A stretch of 64,000 bases of DNA from Ostreococcus lucimarinus (lineage: Eukaryota): the NCBI GenBank assembly GCA_000092065.1, contig CP000581.1, one strand, 5' to 3'. Below the pieces are notes generated by a model. That model saw only the letters and a list, made by a program, of their open reading frames with translations. It searched no databases and was not told where the DNA came from. Of this stretch, positions 1 to 14,254 are shown piece after piece. Every line of letters starts with the position of its first letter. The first letter of the stretch is position 1. The translations under genes were made by a program, and so were the position numbers.

Positions 1-631
1 GTTCCTGCGCACGTCGCTGCATGTTTTGGACTTGATCCGTAATCAACGACGGCATGAACATGTTCACCAAAAATGTCGCCGTGAGACCAAAGTACAACAA
101 GTTCCAAAAGATCCCGCTCGTGAAGAGCCAGATCCAAAACATGAAATTCGCGAACTGACCGACCGGGGTGTTTCGCACCTTGGCGTATTGATCCATCGCC
201 TTCGGCACGTTCGTCTTAAACCACTTCGTGACGCCCATCTTATCATCTGCACTCTTCACCTTTCGGCGCGCGTCCTCGAGCATGGACTTCGCCTTGTTCC
301 CGGTACCGTACTTTGCGTTCACTCGATTCGCCTTCTCTCGAACGCTCGACCAAATCGAGTTCAAGCTCATCCGTTCCTTGATCGCATCGATCGATTCCTT
401 AAAGAACCGTCGCGCGTTCGTAAACGCCATCGAATCCGCCGTCTTCTCTTTCGCAGATTTCGTCTCACGCGTCGATCCGGAATCCTTCGCGTCGTCCGCC
501 GTCGCCCGCGTCGACCCCGCGCCGTTCGCCTTCATCGCCGCGTACTTCACCTCTAAATCCGCCCGCTCGAAGCAATCGGACACGTCCACGCCCGCGTCCA
601 CGAGCGCGCGTTTCATCTCCGCCGCGCGCAT
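1..631 (-). CDS. Partial CDS (3' end lies beyond window start): uncharacterised membrane protein with hydrophobic C-terminal segment (…KWFKTNVPKAMDQYAKVRNTPVGQFANFMFWIWLFTSGIFWNLLYFGLTATFLVNMF…)
   Basis: Unlisted minus-strand frame with non-GC-biased amino-acid composition (F, W, M, N, K rich) running off position 1. Putative ATG is the revcomp of CAT at 629-631, anchored to ORF 228..854 residue M135. No homolog recognised. Confidence 0.45.
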   Translation of the reverse strand, partial: MRAAEMKRALVDAGVDVSDCFERADLEVKYAAMKANGAGSTRATADDAKDSGSTRETKSAKEKTADSMAFTNARRFFKESIDAIKERMSLNSIWSSVREKANRVNAKYGTGNKAKSMLEDARRKVKSADDKMGVTKWFKTNVPKAMDQYAKVRNTPVGQFANFMFWIWLFTSGIFWNLLYFGLTATFLVNMFMPSLITDQVQNMQRRAQE

Positions 632-956
632 GCGCGGCGCGCCGCTCTCGTCGTTCACCGTCGCGCGAATCCTTCGCGACGCATCGCCTTCGCGACGTCT
701 CGATCGCGTCACCGACGCGCGTTCGACCGCCGCGCGCGCGCGCGCGACGACGCGCGCGCGCGCGCGTCGATCCACGCGCGCCGTCGCGCGCGACGACGCC
801 GTCGCGCGCGTCGCGAGCGCCGTCGACATCGCGCGTTCGAGCGTCGATGAATGATGACGAATCTCTCTCGCGCGCGTCTCGACGGCATCGCTCGACGCGC
901 GCTCGACCGCGCGCCGCGACGCCTCGCTCGAACCGCGCGAACGCCTCGCGCGCGCG

Positions 957-2015
957 ATGTCGGACGACGAACCGCTCGACGCGGACGCGCGCACGGCGTG
1001 GCTTCGCTCGAAGGGCGTCGTCATCGAAACGCGCGAGGACCGCGAAGCCGCGCGCGCGGCGGCGCGGCGCGGCGACGGCGCGGCGATCGAGCGCGACGGG
1101 CCGACGCGGAGTTTTACGTACGTGAAGATCCCGTGCGACGACGACGAGGCGCTCGAGGAGCGGACGCTGACGATCGGGGAGGGGCAACCCGGGGACGCGC
1201 TGCCGGCGGCGCTGCGGACGGCGTTCGCGGGCGGCGGCGAGGTGGACGCGGAGAAAGCGAAAGCGGAGGCGGTGCGAGCGCTCGGTGCGCGAGGGATGGG
1301 GATATCGAGCGAGGCGATCGCGCGGGAGACCGCGGGTGGGTCGACGGAGACGTTCGCGTTGGTGCGGCCGAGCGAGGCGAACGGGTGGCGCGGCGTGTAC
1401 CTGTACCTGGACGAGGTCGGAATGTTGAAGGGATTGCCGATCAATCGAAGAGCGGGACGATTGGCGCAGGAGTGCGGATTCGATGGGGTGAACTTCCACG
1501 GCGATATGTTCATCGGTCGCGTGCAAACGAAGCCCGAGCCCATGCGAAGCGTTGATTTTCCTTTGAGCGATTTGGACTCGAGCGCGCAGTGGATGCGCAT
1601 GGCGACGATGGAAAACGTTGAATATAGCAAAGGATTGAAAGAGTTAGAGGCGGCGATGGGTAAAAACGGTGGATTGGAGAAGATTAACATGACTGGCGAC
1701 GCGTCCGACGTGGCGTCGACCGGAAACGGCATGCCGAGCGGTAAGGGAGTAAACTACCGCTGGTCGCAAACCGAAGACGAAGTCGAAGTCTCCGTCGACG
1801 TCGCCCCGGGCACGGTTTCTAAATCCGTCCGCGTCCTATTCAAACCCTCTCAATTCATCGTCAAAGTTAACGACGAGGTGGTGTGCGACTTGAGCGGTCT
1901 TCACGCCCCGATTCGTCCCGACGAGTGCACGTGGACGATGGGCGTCGACGAGGTCTGCGTCTCGCTCGCCAAGCGCGACGACGAGCGTTCCTGGCGCGCC
2001 CTCGTCGGCGCGTGA
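957..2015 (+). CDS. Conserved hypothetical protein with C-terminal CS (CHORD-SGT1/p23-like) domain
   Basis: ORF 957..2015 (352 aa). The C-terminal ~90 aa (YRWSQTEDEVEVSVDV…FIVKVNDEVVCDLSGLHAPIRPDECTWTM…) matches the CS/HSP20-like beta-sandwich pattern. Confidence 0.6.
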   Translation: MSDDEPLDADARTAWLRSKGVVIETREDREAARAAARRGDGAAIERDGPTRSFTYVKIPCDDDEALEERTLTIGEGQPGDALPAALRTAFAGGGEVDAEKAKAEAVRALGARGMGISSEAIARETAGGSTETFALVRPSEANGWRGVYLYLDEVGMLKGLPINRRAGRLAQECGFDGVNFHGDMFIGRVQTKPEPMRSVDFPLSDLDSSAQWMRMATMENVEYSKGLKELEAAMGKNGGLEKINMTGDASDVASTGNGMPSGKGVNYRWSQTEDEVEVSVDVAPGTVSKSVRVLFKPSQFIVKVNDEVVCDLSGLHAPIRPDECTWTMGVDEVCVSLAKRDDERSWRALVGA

Positions 2016-2070
2016 TCGTCGATCCCGCCGCGCGCGCGCGCTGAATCATTTTTTAACATCATTCGCTCCG

Positions 2071-2103
<33 letters not shown>

Positions 2104-2223
2104 TCTCGTCTTTTCCCGTCTCGCGCTCGCCTCGCCGTCGCGACAGTTGCCCGCGCCCGCGTCGTTCAGATCTGATGATTTCTCCATCGGCGTCACTCAC
2201 GCGCGCGCGTTCGCCCTCGCACC

Positions 2224-4911
<2,688 letters not shown>

Positions 4912-5115
4912 GGGTAGCTCAATTTTTGCGACGAACACAAACAAACACTCCGAACTTTAGTGATACATTCAATTTTTAATGAACGCAAGAAGATGACGAC
5001 GACTCCCACTCCCACTCCAATTATGTTTACATTTTCAAAAGCTAGGTCTACACCGCATCGGCGCTCGCGAGACAACGCTCGCGCGTCCGCGTCGGAAATC
5101 TTCTTTCCGAACCGC

Positions 5116-6196
5116 TTACTCCTTGGATTCAAGAGAACTCGCACCCGAGATAATCTCGATCAACTCGGTCGTAATCGCGGCTTGACGCGTACGGTTGTAA
5201 AGCAAAGTGAGCTTTTGAAGCATGTCACTCGCATTCTTACTCGAGTTCTCCATCGATTGCATGCGCGAGCCCAACTCAGACGTGTTGTTCTCCAACATGG
5301 CGTTGTACAACAACGCGCCCATCTTGAACTCGGAGAGATCGAGGAGGAACTCCGATCGGTCGGGTCCTTCGATTTCATAAGAATCAAACTCATTCACACC
5401 CTCTTCCGCCGCCTTCTCGAGCTCTTCGCTGGACAAGACAGTCGCAACCGTAGGCTTGAAGGAAATCGCAGAGGCGAAGCGGTTGAACACCAGCTGTGTC
5501 TTCGGCGCGTTTTGCGCCATAATCTCGTCAGCGATCGCGGAAGCGGTTCCAAAAGTTAACGGCTGCTTCGTCGTGTCCACAACGACGTTGTTGATTCGAT
5601 CCGGGTAAAGCCTGTTGAGCTGCGCTCGCGCCTTGTCGCCGACGACGTTGATTCTCGCCCCCGGACTCATCGCGTTCAAAACGGTCGAGTACTTAACCAC
5701 GGCGGTGTTAATACCACCACACAAACCCTTATCGGACGAGATCGGCACGACGAGCGTGCTGTCCGTTTCAGTCCCCGGGGTATCCCCGAGCAAACGCACG
5801 AACGGATTCACGAGCGCGCGCGACTTCTCGCACTTCGTTTGCGCCCCCTTGAGGCGAGACGCGGCGACCATCTTCATCGCCTTCGTAATCTTTTGAATAT
5901 TCCCGACCGATCGCATTCGAATCGCCACCGCTTGCAAAGAGACGGTCCTCACGTTCGCCGGCACCCTACGTTCGTTTCGCGCATCCGCGCACCACCGTCA
6001 GTCGTCGTCCTTCGCGCCGACCTCCAGGTCCCAGACCCCGATCGCGCCGACTTCAAAGGTCCGTCCCTCGTCGCGTCCCGATCGCGTTTTCGCGCGTCCG
6101 CGCCCATCATCGCGCGCGCACATATATCCCCCGCCATCTCGCGTTCGCTCGCGCGCATCGCGTCGCTCGCGCGCACCCTTCGCTCGCGTTGACCAT
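5116..6196 (-). CDS. ATP3: Mitochondrial F1 ATP synthase gamma subunit, 2 exons
   Basis: Exon 2 (5116..5965) encodes a canonical gamma subunit (…NIQKITKAMKMVAASRLKGAQ…DKGLCGGIN…LLYNRTRQAAIT…). The proposed 20-nt exon 1 (6177..6196: ATG GTC AAC GCG AGC GAA GG) has a GTGCGC donor, an ACTGAC branch box (A at 5998) and a TAG acceptor at 5966-5968, all phase-consistent. The presequence would be unusually short, so exon 1 is lower confidence (~0.5). Confidence 0.8.
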
Positions 6197-6711
6197 CGTC
6201 CCCGCGCGCGGCGCCGTCGTCGATTTCGGCGTCATCATCGTCCCTCGCGCGCCCTCGCGCATGGCGCATCGCACCGCGAGCGCGGCGTTTCGACGCATCG
6301 CATTCGTGGACATCGTGCGCGCGATCGTTCGCGCGCGGCGTGCGGTCGTGCGCGCGACTGTGCGGCGTCGCGCGCGCGCGCGAACGATCGCGACGCGCTG
6401 GGTTTACGTCGCGCGCGGTTCGTCGCGCGGTACACGGGGCTCGAGGTGCGCCGAATACGGGGCGCGACACATCACGACGCGCGCGCGTCCGGTTCGCGCG
6501 CGACGCGGCCTCGCGCGCGCGCGACGCGCGACGCGCGACGCGCGATCGTCGGTTCGCGCGCGCCGGCCTCGCGCGGCGCGCGCGCGCTCGAGGACGTCGG
6601 ACGCGGGGCGCGCGCGCGGTGCGGGGCGCGGATTGACTGATTGGACGCGATCGAACGCGGTCGCGCGAGCGACGCGCGCGCGAACGAACGCGAGGGCGCG
6701 CGCGCGAGACC
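6197..6711. promoter_or_regulatory. CpG/(CG)n-rich divergent intergenic island between ATP synthase gamma (-) and DDT/WHIM gene (+)
   Basis: ~515 bp of >75% GC with long CGCGCG runs and no credible coding frame (only Arg/Ala-rich artefact ORFs). Lies between two divergent ATGs. Confidence 0.3.
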
Positions 6712-9579
6712 ATGGTGCACGCGAACGCGCGAGGGGCGATGCACGAGGCGGTCGTGCGCGCGGTGCACGGGTTCAAGGGAGGGATGGCGGCGGCGGCGGC
6801 GGCGGGGCGAGACGCGGCGGCGCGCGCGGCGAAGGGGCTCGCGCGCGATGAGGACGTGATGAGCGTGAAAGAGGTCGTGGCTTACTTGAATATGGTGATG
6901 TTTCCGAGGCAGAGCGAGGAGGATGTGTTTTGCGCGCGTCCGGGGTTTGTGATGATGTACGATTTGACGCCGTTGAAGCGCGCGGCGCCGACGACGAAGA
7001 AGCCGCCGGCGAGCAAGTTTGAGGGAGATAATGGTCGCGTGAAAGTTGATCGAGGGCCTTCGGCATCCGCGAGTGGGGCGTCGACGGACGGTGGGGATCG
7101 GAGTGCGGCGCCGGCGCCGTCTGGGGCGGTGACGGCGCCGCGCGCCACGGCGACGAGCGGCGCCACGATTTCGCCGCACATGGAAAAGCTCGAGTTGGCG
7201 CTTCAGGAGACGATGGATAGCGCTTTGCTCGCAGAAGAAGCGCAGTCAAAACTAGAAGCACTGTTGGCGAAAGAACAGAAGTTACAGAGCGAGTTGGCCG
7301 CGACAAAGGTTCCACAGGTAAAGCTCGACTTTTCTGACATGCCGAGCTTCGAACTGGACGCTGAGGCGAGGGAATACAAGGGAGATCCCGACGACAGACG
7401 AGAAATTTTAGCGCATAGGAAGCGAATTGAGAAGGAAAGCGACCGTTTGGCGGTCGCCAAAGAAAAATGGATCGCGGGTAGAAGGAAGGAGGCGAAGCAG
7501 GCGGCGAAAGTACAAGCGAATGCGACGAGGAACGTGAAGCTGAGTGCTCTCAGAGGAGAAATCGCGCAGGCGAAAAAGGCAGTGCAGCAAACATTTTCCG
7601 TGGCGACTTCTCACGCGAAAAAGTTAGAGCGCCTTCGTTCGAGAGCAACTGCAGCACAGCAGCATGAAGCCGAGCTGGCGAGCAGAAAGAGAGAAGCTGA
7701 AGCCTACCGTGCGCAGCAGCAGCAGGAACGAGCGGCGAAAAAGTCAAAGATTCAGCTCGAACGCGAAGCTCAGAAGTTACAAGACGCCGAACGCAAACTC
7801 AAAGAGGCGGAGCAGCGAGCCAAAGTGAGAGCAGAGGCGGCTCGCTACCCTATGGATGATAACGAGCTCGTCGCATACGACGCGGCGCAAGCGAAAGAAC
7901 AAAATCGCGACCCTTGGCCCGCCGTCGCGAACGGGACGGCGTGGAAGCCATCCGCGGTAGATGTCTCGCAGATGCAAATTTGCGAATTCTTTAGCACATT
8001 TGGACGTATTCTAAAACCGAGCGTGGACGAATTCGGGGTAGAGTACCTGAACACTATTCTGGATGATTCCGACTTGACAAAACTTTCGAAGTTGTACGTA
8101 TCCTTGCTTCGAGTGGCCGTGACGACGACGACGTACGGAATCGAGGCCCTCGTGAAGACGTGGTCGGACGCTTTGGAGTTTAGTGGTACTTTCCCTGAAA
8201 TCATGAAGCAATTTGCCAAGGAAAAGAGCCGGGTTGGACAGATCGATGCCGTTACGCTGAGTACGATTAACGCGCTCACAGAGAAGCGAATAGGCATGTT
8301 CACGCCTGAGGAGCACACGCGCGTGCTCGATTGGTTGTGTGGTGAATGTTTTGAGGCGCCGGAAGTCAACAAAGAAGTCAATCGACGCGTAAAGGCGCTT
8401 GAAGATTTGTCGAAGGAAAAAGAGAGTGATAAGGCGATCGAAAATGCATTCGAGAAAGAGTACAAGAAACTTGCGCCACAATTACGCGATGCGAACGCGC
8501 TCGTCAAAAATGCATCCGACGAGCTCATCCAAAAAGTTCAGGCTCACGAAGCTTTGATAACTCTACCGCAGTCTGACGTCGAAGTGCCAACCGAGTTGCA
8601 ATCTGATGTTCGCGCATTCCTTGAGGCGCGATCGCTTCTCAAAGAGACGGAGGCGAAAAAGAATGAAATAGCGGCCCAGGCTGCTAAACGTCGTCGACAG
8701 TTTCAAGAAGAACGCATTCGATCGAATTGTTTGGGTCAAGACCGCAACGGCACGAAGTATTACTGGAATCTATCGTATAGCTCGGGCGCATTGCTTGCTA
8801 TCCATGTCGATGGTACCTGGTCAAAACTTACTACAGAGCAGCAGCTACGTGAATGGAGCAAATCCTTGAACACAAAAGGTATTCGTGAGCATCGACTACA
8901 CAAGAACGTAGCTGAGATTCGCGCCGAACTCGTCGCCGCGTTTAGGCAGGCTGAATTGGAAGCCATGAACGCCTTCCCAAAGTCGAGTCAGCGAACGAAA
9001 GTTGAGAGATGGAACGAAATCGCTGCGCGAGAGACACTTTCGATGGAAGGTGCGAAGAGGATCATCCAACTGTTAATGGCTGATGTGGTAAATTGCGAGG
9101 TATCCGCGCCCGACGGCACCATGTCTGGATGGAGAATCTGGGGCAGAGAGTTGGAGAAAACCACAGAGCTTACTGAGATGATACGATACTTGATGCAAAT
9201 CGAGGAGGCAATGGTCGAAATGTGCGATCTCCCTAGAGACGTTACCGCGAAGGATGCGAACGGTTCGGCGATCAACGCATCGAACGAGCGTCTCATGGCG
9301 AGCCACGAGTGGTGGGAGCTTATCATTCCGTCGGATGAGAAGAAGGCGGGAAAACGGCTGTGGCGCACAAATCAAGAGCGCGCCATCTGGCAAGAGGCCA
9401 TGTCCACATCTGACACGTATGCACGCATTGCTTACGGCGCCGCAATGCTGGAATCGTATTCTAGACCACTTTTTGAATTTCTCGAGAACATCAAGAAGAG
9501 AGCGAAACGCGAATCCAGTCGATTCGCCGATTACACATCATACGACGATGGCTATGATTCTTACGGACAACGCACGTAA
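6712..9579 (+). CDS. DDT/WHIM-domain chromatin protein (ISWI-complex accessory subunit-like, BAZ/RLT-type)
   Basis: 955-aa ORF with a long coiled-coil. The DDT-like segment (…QICEFFSTFGRILKPS…LNTILDD…) and a WSD/WHIM2 motif (LGQDRNGTKYYWNLS) are characteristic of BAZ/ACF1/RLT proteins. Confidence 0.7.
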   Translation: MVHANARGAMHEAVVRAVHGFKGGMAAAAAAGRDAAARAAKGLARDEDVMSVKEVVAYLNMVMFPRQSEEDVFCARPGFVMMYDLTPLKRAAPTTKKPPASKFEGDNGRVKVDRGPSASASGASTDGGDRSAAPAPSGAVTAPRATATSGATISPHMEKLELALQETMDSALLAEEAQSKLEALLAKEQKLQSELAATKVPQVKLDFSDMPSFELDAEAREYKGDPDDRREILAHRKRIEKESDRLAVAKEKWIAGRRKEAKQAAKVQANATRNVKLSALRGEIAQAKKAVQQTFSVATSHAKKLERLRSRATAAQQHEAELASRKREAEAYRAQQQQERAAKKSKIQLEREAQKLQDAERKLKEAEQRAKVRAEAARYPMDDNELVAYDAAQAKEQNRDPWPAVANGTAWKPSAVDVSQMQICEFFSTFGRILKPSVDEFGVEYLNTILDDSDLTKLSKLYVSLLRVAVTTTTYGIEALVKTWSDALEFSGTFPEIMKQFAKEKSRVGQIDAVTLSTINALTEKRIGMFTPEEHTRVLDWLCGECFEAPEVNKEVNRRVKALEDLSKEKESDKAIENAFEKEYKKLAPQLRDANALVKNASDELIQKVQAHEALITLPQSDVEVPTELQSDVRAFLEARSLLKETEAKKNEIAAQAAKRRRQFQEERIRSNCLGQDRNGTKYYWNLSYSSGALLAIHVDGTWSKLTTEQQLREWSKSLNTKGIREHRLHKNVAEIRAELVAAFRQAELEAMNAFPKSSQRTKVERWNEIAARETLSMEGAKRIIQLLMADVVNCEVSAPDGTMSGWRIWGRELEKTTELTEMIRYLMQIEEAMVEMCDLPRDVTAKDANGSAINASNERLMASHEWWELIIPSDEKKAGKRLWRTNQERAIWQEAMSTSDTYARIAYGAAMLESYSRPLFEFLENIKKRAKRESSRFADYTSYDDGYDSYGQRT

Positions 9580-9656
9580 TGATGGTATTATATTAGAAAT
9601 AGAATGGGAATAGAACGAACTGTAAAGATACGGCGAGAAATTCAGTTACAACAGTT

Positions 9657-11920
9657 CTAAGCCACTGTGAGATGCGACTTGAACTCCGACATCGTGAGCG
9701 CGGCCGCGTTGAGCGCCTCGACGCGCTTGCGCGTCTGCTGGCGCATCGCAGCTATTTCAGGATCCTCAGCGAGTAGGTTCCGCATGATACCAGGCTGATA
9801 CAACTTGCCGATCAAGTGCTGTCTCAATCCTCGACTGATAGAGTTCACCAAGAAGTGCATCACAGCCTTGGGCACCATGTCCGCGAGGATGCCACGAGAG
9901 ATGCTAAAGTAGCTCTCGAGCAACGTCCGCGTCACCATAACTTGTAAAAACTCTTCCGGAGTCTCGCATTGGTGCGCGTTGAGCTTTTTCGGCGGAGATT
10001 GAAGCTTGACCGTACCGTTTTCGATGCTATAATGTCGCTTTGATGGGCTCAACATGCCACTAATCCACTGTCCGGTCTTTTCCATCGTCGTAGGTTTCGC
10101 GCCGACGTTTTCCTTGTCGGCGCCCTTCTTCTTGTTCTTGTCCTTTCCGGGAACGTCTGGCGCCTCTTCGTCTTCCTCTTCTTCGCCGGCGCGTCTCTTC
10201 AAAGCCTTTTGCGCGAGAATCAACGCATCTGGTCCACCGATAAAATCTGGGTGAGATGTGTTGATGTGCGCCAACTGGCACTCCACGAGATTTACGATCA
10301 TGTCCAGCGCAGGTCGCAAGCCTTGTCTCAAATACTCCTTGCACGATTGCTCCAACGCTTGTCCGAGACGCGGGTACACGCTGGTCACATCCTTCGTCAA
10401 GTTTGCCAATGCCATGCTGCACAGTTCGTCGTGAACCAATGACGCACACTGCTTGCATGGTTCCAACATCTTCTCGATGCACTGTCTCGCGAGTTGTTCA
10501 AACGGTTCCTCCGGGACGAGGAGTACGGCCTTCGTGCCGGCAGTGTTCTGAATCTTGGTACGAATGTGCTCATCCGTCATGGATGCCGTAGGGTTGAGTT
10601 CAAGTAAACCCTTTACGAAAATCTCTTGCAAAACGTAGTGAATGCGCGCACCACCCTCTAACACGTCGATGCTCAGCTTTGCGCTACGCCCCTCGACGGC
10701 GGCTTGTAAGCCGGCGGCGTACTTTTCGAGTTTCGCAAGCACGAGAGCTGCGCGTTCCGATTCACTTTCGGGCGCGTCTGGTCCAAGCAGTTCTAACTCC
10801 TTTTCAGCCTCCGATCTTTCGCGCATGATGCGAACTTGTAAATCCGGCAACAAAGCGGCGATGTGGTCGGCCAGCAAGCTGCTTACGTTTTTACTCAACG
10901 AATGAACGCCACAGTTTTTGATGACCTCCTTGTATTCGGGCTTTGACGCGAAGAACTCGGCCTCCAGCTTTCGAGCGTGGTGAATCGTGCGACGCTCCGC
11001 GATGTCTGCCTGACATCGGTTCACGACACCGACGTATCCCAAACGCAAAGGTACGACTTCGCCTTTCAAATACTTGACGGCGTTCGTGCCTCGGTCCATG
11101 ATGTCGAGCTTGGTGATGACGCCGAGCGTTCGCTTACCCTCCGGATCCACTTGCTTCGACAGCGTCAACGCATCACTGTTCGCGAGATCCGAGTTCGCGG
11201 GCGTCACCGCCAAAATCAAGCACGTTTCCTTCTTGATGTAGCTCAAAATCATGTTGCGAATCTGCGTCTCAATGTCCTCCGGCTGGTCGCCCACGGCGAC
11301 GCGCGTAATTCCAGGAAGATCGACCAACGTCATCGTCAGCACGTTCGGCGAGCAAATCTTCAGCCGGATTTGCTTGTTACTCACGCCTTTGTTGTTTCCC
11401 GTCGTTCTGTCAGTCTCAGCCTGAATCTCCTCTCGAATTTCCTCAAAATCCGTGTACGTTCGCCCGGGCTGGTGCAAAAACTCGCCCCATTCCTCTGGTT
11501 CGCCGCGAACCGCCGGCGTGTGCACGAGCTGCAGCAAAAGCGGTCGTCGCGTGCAAATATCCGGTCCACGCGGCAAGAAATCTCGTCCAACCTGCGCGCG
11601 TATCATCGTCATCACCATCGTCAGTCATCCTTTTCCGCGGCGCGTCCGTTCGTATCTTCCCCCCGCGCGCGCGTTCGCATCTTCCGTCACCCTCGCCCCG
11701 CGTCGCGCGTCGCACGCACCAGCGCCTCCAACACGCTCGATTTCCCACTCGACTGCGAGCCGACGACGGCGATGCAGGGCAAATCGACCAGTTTCGAGCC
11801 GCGAACGCCCGCGCTCGCGAAGATGTCTTGTAAACGGTTGACGAGCGGGACGAGACCGGCGCCGAGCGTGTGCTCGCGCGCGCCGCTCGAGCGCATCGAC
11901 GCGCGCGCGTTGAGCGACAT
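9657..11920 (-). CDS. Dynamin-related protein (Dnm1/DRP3-like GTPase), 2 exons
   Basis: Exons 11720..11920 and 9657..11591. Exon 1 encodes the G1 P-loop (…[16 protein letters not shown]) and exon 2 continues VGRDFLPRG…[10 protein letters not shown]… with a GED at the C-terminus. The 128-nt intron has a GTGCGT donor and ACTGAC box (A at 11621). Confidence 0.9.
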
Positions 11921-12139
11921 AATGCGTTCGTTCGTGCGTGACTCGCGTTCGCGACGACTGGGGTCGATCGCGGTCGACGAGCGTCGCGATGTCGCGAAGG
12001 ATTGGGACAGGTGTCGAACTAGGGGTAAGAACTGAACGCGACACGTGGCGCGTTCGCGAAGCGCGACGCTTCGGACGCGCGCGCGCGAATCGAGGGATGC
12101 CGCTGGGATGAATACAATGCGGGTATAATGAATGATGAA

Positions 12140-13780
12140 TCACGTCAGGACGATGGCGAGACGCTGCCCGTCGATCGGGGCGAACGCGGCGAGAGGTTCG
12201 AAGTCGGGCTCGAGGGAGACGCGCGAGGCGTCCGGAGCGACGAGGAAGATCTCGGCTTGGGAGACGTCGAACTTGAACAGCTTGGCGCAGAATAGCTTGA
12301 GCTTTGCGATCGCCGTGGTCTTGGGGAGCTTTTTAGTCATCGTTTGGCCGGTGGATTCGAGGCAAAGGACGAGGTCGACGGAGGCGCTCGCGAGCGTGCC
12401 CGAGCCGGGCGCGCGCGCGGCGTGTGTGACCAAATCACCATGCTTCGCCACAAGCGCGTCGACTCGAGGATTCTCCTCAGTCACGCGTACCCGGGCGCTG
12501 TCGCCCTCGATTGATACTTCCTTGAGCTGTTGAAGCACGCGACGCAAATATCGAATCTCGGAGTCTTTGCGCTCGGCGGTGGAAACCGTGGACCCGTTCA
12601 GCGCGACGAGCTTGTCCACGCGGGCGATTATTTCGTGCCGCGATGACGACGCGCTCGCGAACGGGTTGCCGCTCAGTCGCACGTCCTCGAGCTTGGGGAA
12701 CGCATTCAGCGCGTCGACGGATGACCACGCGCTCAGCGCGTTGTCGCCGAGGAGCAACGTCTTGAGCGCCGAAAACGCGCGCGACGGTCGGATTTCCGCC
12801 AGCGCATTCTGCGACGCGTGCAGTTTCTCAAGCCAAGGTAACTGTCGTCCAAGCTCTTCGATCTCACTCCAGTCGCTCAGGGCGTTCCCATCGACGCTCA
12901 GCTTTCGCAACTTTGGAAAGACGTTCGCGCCGTCGTCGATGTCCATCGCGAACGAAGAAATATTATTTCCGTTCAAGTGCAGTTCCTCGATTTCGGGCAT
13001 CAACGAGCTCAACGCTCGCACATCCCGCCACTTTACCATCGAATCATTCAACACGAGCACTTTCAACTTCTCGAAACGCGCGCACATCGACGACGCCTTC
13101 GTCCAGTCGCCGAGCCGAATCCCGCTCAAATCCAACGCCTCCAACGTCGGGAACTCTTCCCCTATCCTCGCGACGTCCTCCACGGACGTCAACAGACTCC
13201 CCGCTAAACCTAACACTCGCAGCGCCCCCGCGCACGCGCTCGCCTCGCCTCTCGCCCCCATCGTCTCCACTCTCGCGTGATCGACGTACGCGCGCGTCAT
13301 CGATTTCAACCGTCTCGCCGTCGCCGCCGCGTCCATCGTCGCCTCTTCCTCCGTCTCGCACAGCTCCACGCGCATCACTCGCCCCCTCGCCGTCCGTATG
13401 CACATATCGTCCCCTCCACCGTTCCCATCGCCGCCGCGTTCGCCGTCATCCGCGCTCGCGTCGTCTCGCGCGTACCGTCCTCGAAGCGCCTCCGCGAACG
13501 TCCTTCCTCGCGCGATCTTGTGCGCGCGCACCATCGACGCGCGCCGCGCGCCCCTTCCGTCGTCCGCACCGCCCGCGCCCGCGTCCTCGTCGCGCGCCTC
13601 GCACGAAAAGTACCGCACGCCGTCGACGACGCCGTCGTGCCGCCCGCGGTCGTCGTCGTCAAACTCGACGCCGATCCACGTCCCCGCGCGTTCGCCCACC
13701 GCGCCGACGTACCGCACGACGCCGCGCGCGCCGTCCTCGCCGAGTTCCACGCGCGCGCCCACGCGCGGGATCGACGCCAT
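12140..13780 (-). CDS. TBCE: Tubulin-folding cofactor E (TBCE): CAP-Gly + LRR + ubiquitin-like domain
   Basis: Begins MASIPRVGARVELGEDGARGVVRYVGAV…TWIGVEFDD (CAP-Gly), followed by leucine-rich repeats (LDLSGIRLGDW…LHLNGNNISS…) and a C-terminal Ubl. Start ATG 13780 is residue 276 of ORF 12140..14605; the upstream ORF extension is Arg-rich GC artefact. Confidence 0.8.
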   Translation of the reverse strand: MASIPRVGARVELGEDGARGVVRYVGAVGERAGTWIGVEFDDDDRGRHDGVVDGVRYFSCEARDEDAGAGGADDGRGARRASMVRAHKIARGRTFAEALRGRYARDDASADDGERGGDGNGGGDDMCIRTARGRVMRVELCETEEEATMDAAATARRLKSMTRAYVDHARVETMGARGEASACAGALRVLGLAGSLLTSVEDVARIGEEFPTLEALDLSGIRLGDWTKASSMCARFEKLKVLVLNDSMVKWRDVRALSSLMPEIEELHLNGNNISSFAMDIDDGANVFPKLRKLSVDGNALSDWSEIEELGRQLPWLEKLHASQNALAEIRPSRAFSALKTLLLGDNALSAWSSVDALNAFPKLEDVRLSGNPFASASSSRHEIIARVDKLVALNGSTVSTAERKDSEIRYLRRVLQQLKEVSIEGDSARVRVTEENPRVDALVAKHGDLVTHAARAPGSGTLASASVDLVLCLESTGQTMTKKLPKTTAIAKLKLFCAKLFKFDVSQAEIFLVAPDASRVSLEPDFEPLAAFAPIDGQRLAIVLT

Positions 13781-14254
13781 GCGGGCGTCGCGCTGTGCCG
13801 TCGCGTTGACCGACGCGACGCGTCGATGCGATCGATCGATCGATTCAATCACAAAACGAGCGACGCCGCGCCGTCGCGCGCGCGCGACGCGTCGACGCGT
13901 CGACGCGTCGGTCGGCGCGATCACGCCGCGCGCGACGCGAGCGCGTCGACGCGCGCGGCCGCGTCGCGGAGCGCGTCGTCGAGCGCGCGCGCGGCGTCGA
14001 GCGCGCACTCGCACTCGAACGCGCGCGGCGAATCGTCGCGCGCGGAATCCTCGCGCGCGAGCTCCACGCGCAGGACGCCCGCGACGTCGTCGCGCGCGTC
14101 GACCGCGTCGCCGTCGTCGCGCGCGCGGCGCGCGAGGACGTGCTCGACGCGCGTCGTCGCGCGCGCGAGCGCGGGCGTCGCGGACATTCGCGCGTCGCGC
14201 ACTGACGACGCGACGCGACAGCGCGACGCGACGCGGCGACGCCGAGCGCGCGCG

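Noticed and set aside
465-1526. 353-aa minus-strand ORF, and the similar Arg/Ala-rich ORFs 5949..6776, 6189..6851, 6472..7179, 42040..42954, 42156..42794, 45516..46377
   Set aside because: Extreme Arg/Ala/Gly composition with no hydrophobic or aromatic content. These are the expected open frames of (CG)n-rich or antisense GC-rich DNA and overlap well-supported genes on the other strand or in another frame.
10977-12035. 352-aa plus-strand ORF
   Set aside because: Fully antisense to the dynamin gene; Arg/His-rich composition; no homology signal.
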